From: Camelus dromedarius
Lineage: Eukaryota
Reading direction: 5' to 3'
DNA: 64,000 nt
Assembly (NCBI RefSeq): GCF_036321535.1
Contig: NC_087437.1
Coordinates: forward strand, 63,118,001 to 63,182,000
The stretch's first letter is position 1, and every line of letters starts with the position of its first letter. Under the pieces are notes generated by a model. That model had not been told where the DNA came from and made no database searches. It saw only the letters and a program-made list of their open reading frames with translations. Positions 58,631 through 64,000 of this stretch are shown one piece after another. A program made the position numbers and the translations under genes.

Positions 58631-61600
58631 TGTGAGGGCACCCCAGGCACCCTAGTGTGACCACTCTCACATTCCTTATCACTGTGCCCCAAGGCTCTCC
58701 TTTCTCCTCTGTACTACTCCGTCCCCAACAAGGCAGAGGGACCACTTCCTGAAGTTCTCAGAAGAGCAGGAATGAATGGTTCTGAAAAGTCTTTTCTGCA
58801 CAGGGCCAAGCGCACAGCCAGTGCATAACAAATTGCAGATGTAACAAAGGAAGCCAAAAGCGCTGGCCAAAGTGTGGCTCAAAGGATGATGCCCTGGGAA
58901 GTCAGCCACAGAAGGCAGCACTTAGTCGACATACACACCCTGACTTTGACACGCAAGCACCCATTCAGCATGTTTTCTCCGGAGAACGACTTAAAAGGAG
59001 TGCCGTCAGCCCCAGGGCCCACTGCCTCCTCGTTATTCTGGTCTCTGGTATCCAAGGAGACGTTCACACAGGGGACTGCATCTCCATAGGAAACAGTTCC
59101 AAGGATGGAACGTGAGAGGAGAGCTCTTCTCAGCCACAAGAGGACTTTTCTCCTCTGGGCCATCGTCCCCACTCCCCCTGCTGCGGGCCTCCAGCATCCT
59201 CCCTGGATCCCCTCACCCTTGCCCAAGCTGCAGCAATTTTCTTTGCGATGCAGTCTTTCTGTTGCTTCACATCTGTATTATATGTACCGTGATAAACACG
59301 TAGATGAACAATATCCAAGAACACCATACCCAACCTTGGGCTCCCTCACACCAAGGTCTTTCCTCCCAGAAGTGCCACGGAGGGGAAGACCACTCTCTCC
59401 CTTACAAGTGCAGAGCTCTCTGAGGACCAAAGCCATGATGTAGAGTCACATGTCATCCTTGCCTGTTCCTCCCTCTGTACTCACTGCTGCCCTTCAGCTC
59501 CCAGCAGAACTCTGCCCAGACAGGCACGTGCAGCTGATGCTGGTGCCTGAGAGACACCCAAAGAAAACCAAGAGGCCCCCAGAACTTCATAGATGGGGGA
59601 GATGAGGATGGTACACAAGGAAAGGTGGAAAGGGAGGAGACAGGAGAGGGAAGGACTGGACTGAATCCTTTGTGAGCTCAGCAGTTTCTTACATCCTGTC
59701 TTAGTCACCCTTTTCATCGTTGGTCCTGGCCCTGATCACTGAGATTTACCCTTTGACCTGCTCCTCCATCTCTGCCCATTGAGTGTGAAACATTGAAATC
59801 TGTTAGATATTCTCAGTGCCAAAACCTATGCAAGAAAGTTACCAAGGCAACAGAACACTCCTCTTCAGTATGAATACTTAAGGGTGATACTGCTGGTGGA
59901 GTAGAGCACCAATGTCCTCCCCAACCCCTCCTTTGGTCTGCTGATTTTAGAGTGGAGCCATGAATGGCTTTGTTGGGGGAATGGAAAAGAGTAGGTGCCT
60001 CCAAAGACCAGCTAAGTTGGAGTTTAATGGGCTATCCAGTGAGGACACAGGATTTTGCAGCTCTGGTTAAATGCTTAGCTCCCACTGGGCCCAGAGGTGG
60101 GATCAGGGCAGAGAGAAGGCTGCTGGAGGATGGAAGTGGCACGAATTATGGGAGGGGACTCCCAAAACCATAGCACCAGGACAGAGCACCCAGGACAGGT
60201 GCTTGAGATACCAGCCTACTGGGACCACTGGGAGATGTCCGGGGCCTTACGTTCTGTCCAGGGCTATTTTGACCTCCTTTGTTCCTTATACTCCCTCTCC
60301 AGACTCACAAAGATACAGACTTCACTGAAGACACTTAGGATCAAGCATCCATGTCCCAGTGCTATTCAGGGAAACTCTTCTTTCCTGCCTCAGCAGATAT
60401 CATTCCATTCATAGGGCTAGCTCAGCCATCTCCTGCAACCAGCCCACCCCCAGAGAACTATTTTTATCCTTTTCCTTCCCTGGATCTCAGTTTTACCATC
60501 TCTAAAAGGGGAGGGGTTTTCCTCTCCTCCTTCCAGACACTAATACTTCTGGAAAAGGTAAAAACAATATAAAATTTTGCCTGTGAGGACTCCTTGGAGA
60601 AACTCTTTAAATAAGTAGTCAGTAGCAGCGGCCCCACTGCCAGAAGGCAGGGGTCCTCGGGGCGGTCCCCAGAGATCCCAGCCCTCATGCTTTGAAGAAG
60701 AGATGGCACAACAATCCAGGACAAGGTGTCTTACATTCATCTCCCCTCTTCATCCACATCCTGACCACTGCTCCCCACATGCACCCACTGCACCCAGACT
60801 GGGCTATTCACACGCTGGGAGCTACATCCCCACCTTGCGCACACCATCCTCACTGCACACCTCACCCTCACTCATCCTGCCAGGACCAACAGCCGTACCC
60901 TCCCCCCAGCCACCCCGGGCACACTGCCCACAGGACTCTTCTCCCCTCAAGACCTGCTGCCTGCACTAATCATTTGACAGATCACACCCTGTATTTGGTC
61001 AGTATCGTCCTGAAGGCTTCACACAGCATCTAAAACAGTGTTGTGCACATTGTAGGTGCTAAAGTGAGTATTTGTTTTAGGGTAGATTTTTAAAAAATTA
61101 CCCATTGTTCAGCAAAACCAGGTGACTCGAGTCTCCAAGTGTTCAAGCACGTCCTCCAGGAGAATGGAGATTCCTCACACCCTGTCCTCTGCTGTCCTTC
61201 CCAGCACAGCTCTCTTCCTCCCTTCTAAACACACCACTCCTGCTTGGCCTGAAACATCCTTTCCAGTTGCCCAAACTCTCATAGCTGCTCCACCCCATGA
61301 AGCCCACCCGCTACTCATCCAGGATGGCTCAGGACCTCACTCCCCCTCTCTGACCTCACTAAACCATGTTTTCCTCACTAGAGGCCCCTGGTTTCCTGTG
61401 GAGCACAAACGAGGTGTAACTTTAAAGCAACGTCACCACCATTGTCACAAACACTCTGGGACATGCACATCAGTGACCATCTTTTCCCAGGTCACACCCT
61501 GTACCAGGAGTCCGTGTCCTGGGTTGGAATTCCAGGATCTCTTAACTGCCTTAAACCTCTACCTAGAATTTCTGGGCCTCCAACAGCCACTGGGTTTCCT

Positions 61601-61837
61601 GGTGGGAAACTGGTATTGTCTCTCACTGTGAGGAGACTAATGAATTCTACCCTCCTCCCAGGGTAAGCAGATGTCAGGCCCACCTGACGCGTCCTCCCAC
61701 GCTCTCCGAGAGTCAGTCCAGTGTCACGACTAGGCATGACATGGACCAGGCAGTCCAGGGTTGAAACTCTTGGGTGATTTGGGGATTTGCCCAAATCAGT
61801 CAGCATCTCCTGACAGCCTGCTCTTGTTCTAAGGGAT

Positions 61838-62024
61838 CGGGGGCTCTCTGAGTGTGGTCCTCACACCAGCAGCATCAGCAGCACCTGGGAACTTGTTAGA
61901 AATGCAGAGTCTTGGGCCCACCCTATACCTCCTGGATCAGAAATTCTGAGGATGGGCCCAGCAACCTGTGTTTTAACAAACTCCTCAGGTGATTCTGATG
62001 CACATTCAAATTTGAGGACCACTG
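61838..62024. mobile_element. MER5A hAT MITE, near full length
   Basis: gtgtggtcctcacaccagcagcatcagcagcacctgggaacttgttagaaatgcaga...caggtgattctgatgcacattcaaatttgaggaccactg. Confidence 0.92.
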
Positions 62025-62071
62025 ATTTAGGCCCCAGGGATACACAAAAATGAAACACCTACAATCTAGAA

Positions 62072-62175
62072 CAGTAGTTCTCAGCCCTGGCCACACATTA
62101 AAATCAGCTGCGGAGCTTTTAAATAACTCCAAAGCCTGGTCCCAGACCAATGCCATTAGAATCTCTAGGAATGGG
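62072..62175. mobile_element. MER5B-like fragment
   Basis: cagtagttctcagccctggccacacattaaaatcagctgcggagcttttaaa. Confidence 0.75.
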
Positions 62176-62267
62176 TAAATAATCATAGTGCAATGTGCTA
62201 AGTGCAAAGATTGAATAAGTGTGCAGGCAACTGAGAAGGAAGAAGGCAGTGAGACACTCACTGCCAA

Positions 62268-62385
62268 GGCAAGTGACTTCACTATCTATGCCTCTGTTTT
62301 CCCATCTGTAAAATGGGGGTTGCAATATCCACCCTACATGTGATGATGTATGTAAATGCCTAGAACACAGTAGTTGCTAAGTCAT
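62268..62385 (+). mobile_element. MIR fragment
   Basis: ggcaagtgacttcactatctatgcctctgttttcccatctgtaaaatgggg. Confidence 0.85.
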
Positions 62386-64000
62386 CATCAATTCCCTCCC
62401 TTCCCCAGACCAGGCCCTTTGCTGACTCTGAGCTCAGCAGCTGGACTGATGTGTCTAGTATGCCCCTTACATCATTTATCATCAATGACCCCGCCCCACC
62501 ACCAAGGAGAGACTTCCTGGCTATTCACAGCCTTGGGCAAGAGTTCTCTTCAGCAGCCATCTCAACACTCCCAGAATCTTCTGTCACTGTCTTGAAAAAC
62601 AGCCTGAGTCCTTGGGAACCAGACTGCTCCCAGAGGGCTGCTCACAGCCTGACTACAGCTCTGACACCCCCAACTCTTTGAAAGAACAGCTCTCTAAAAC
62701 ACCTTGACAAAGGACTCTTGAGTAACACTAGGAACACATGGACCTATGCCTGCCCCCTCCCAAACTTTTGGCTCCAGGCAGAGCCACTGGCTCAAGGGGA
62801 GCTCTCCGCATCAGGTAGACTCCCTGATGCAGAACCTTTCCTTATTGTGTCTCCCTCCTCAGCAACATCTGAATTCAGCCTATAGGGGGACTTAATAAAA
62901 GCCCAAAACTCATTTACACCTTCCTCCCCACAAGGCACAGGAGCGGATCTGCTGTCCCAGAGCAGACAGCCTACAACTCGGCAGACCCACAGACCCACAG
63001 GCAACCCCTATGGCCTCCCCAATAGAGCAGAGAAATGCGGGCTGTCCTTGGAGCTGCCCCCTTGAGCTCTCAGCTTAACCCAGCAGATGCTACAAACATT
63101 TTTGTCTTCTCTTGAGAACAGCCTTTACTGTCATTTAAAAAAAAAAAAAAAGCAAATTGCGTCATTACTTCATAAGCAAACTTGCTTTTTTTGTTTAAAA
63201 TAAAAACATGATCACTCAAGCTTGCCCAGATTTGGTTTCCTCTTCCCTAGTTTCCTTAAATGAAGCTGGGCTGTTTCCCAAAATCAAATTAGCATTCAAA
63301 GAACAAAGTTTTGTCACCATTAAGGATAGTTTAAATAAACAAACAACAACACGACCCTGCCCCACTGGACTGGGAAACAGTTCCCAGAATGCGGACCCTA
63401 CAGAGTTTGAACACAGGTGGTGCCCCAGCCATCGGTTCCCCTCGGGGGCCTGCTTGGAAGGGAGCAGCCCCACAGCTGGCAGTGGTCAGTGTAGTGTCTG
63501 TCATGCCACAATCTTCAAGGGGCCTCAGAAACCAAACCCCTAGCCCAAATAAGAGAGTGGGAGGAGGACACAGAGACAAGGAGGGATCTGGCTTCAGAGG
63601 AAAGGGTTTATAGATACCCAGAAGCAGGAACCAGGCCTGTCCTCCGAAGAGGCGGGGGCTGCCAGAGAAAAACATTGTCTTCAGAAGCCAAATCCTGGCC
63701 TAGTTTCCTGCCCCTGACCCACAGAACCCCCAACAAAAGAATTTGGAACATGAGACAGGAAAAAAAAATCCCTGCAGAAACAGTCCTGGGGAAACAGGAA
63801 AAATAAAGGAGCCACGTGGCTTTTCCCCAGTTCTCTGAGCAGTAATACCAGGGCGCGATTCCTTCCCAGACACCACAAAGTCACCCTCTCCTGGCCCCAT
63901 CAGCCCTCCTCCTCCTTCCCCAAGTCCTGCCACGTGCAAAATAAGACCTCTGCCCAGGCTGGCCAGACAAGAATGAGATATTTCCTCCTTGGCTCTGCAT

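Noticed and set aside
61122..61631. 169-aa plus-strand ORF
   Set aside because: A Pro/Ser/His-biased translation of pyrimidine-rich, probably L2-derived DNA.

Overview
This is mammalian nuclear DNA, most likely camelid (alpaca/llama/camel). That call is an inference from a tRNA-Ala-derived vic-1-type SINE, an artiodactyl-type L1 3' end, and the absence of recognisable Alu, Bov-tA/BovB or PRE-1 SINEs. I recognise no host protein-coding exon, so the window looks intronic or intergenic. It is dominated by ancient interspersed repeats: about 24 MIRs, L2 and old L1 fragments, MaLR/ERVL solo LTRs, and hAT/Tc2 MITEs. Only two ORFs have recognisable protein similarity, and both are LINE-1 ORF2 C-termini. 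The most notable item is a young 5'-truncated L1 with a perfect target-site duplication (TSD). Its TSD supplies an in-frame ATG and its expected ORF2 stop reads CAA, giving a 317-aa chimeric ORF that runs to the poly(A) signal. Also noted are a minus-strand two-exon Cys-rich candidate ORF (37917-38816), three plus-strand exon-like segments and several enhancer/CTCF-like blocks. I found no convincing evidence of a new biological system. Repeat family names come from recalled consensus sequences, and boundaries are approximate unless a TSD or terminal repeat is given.
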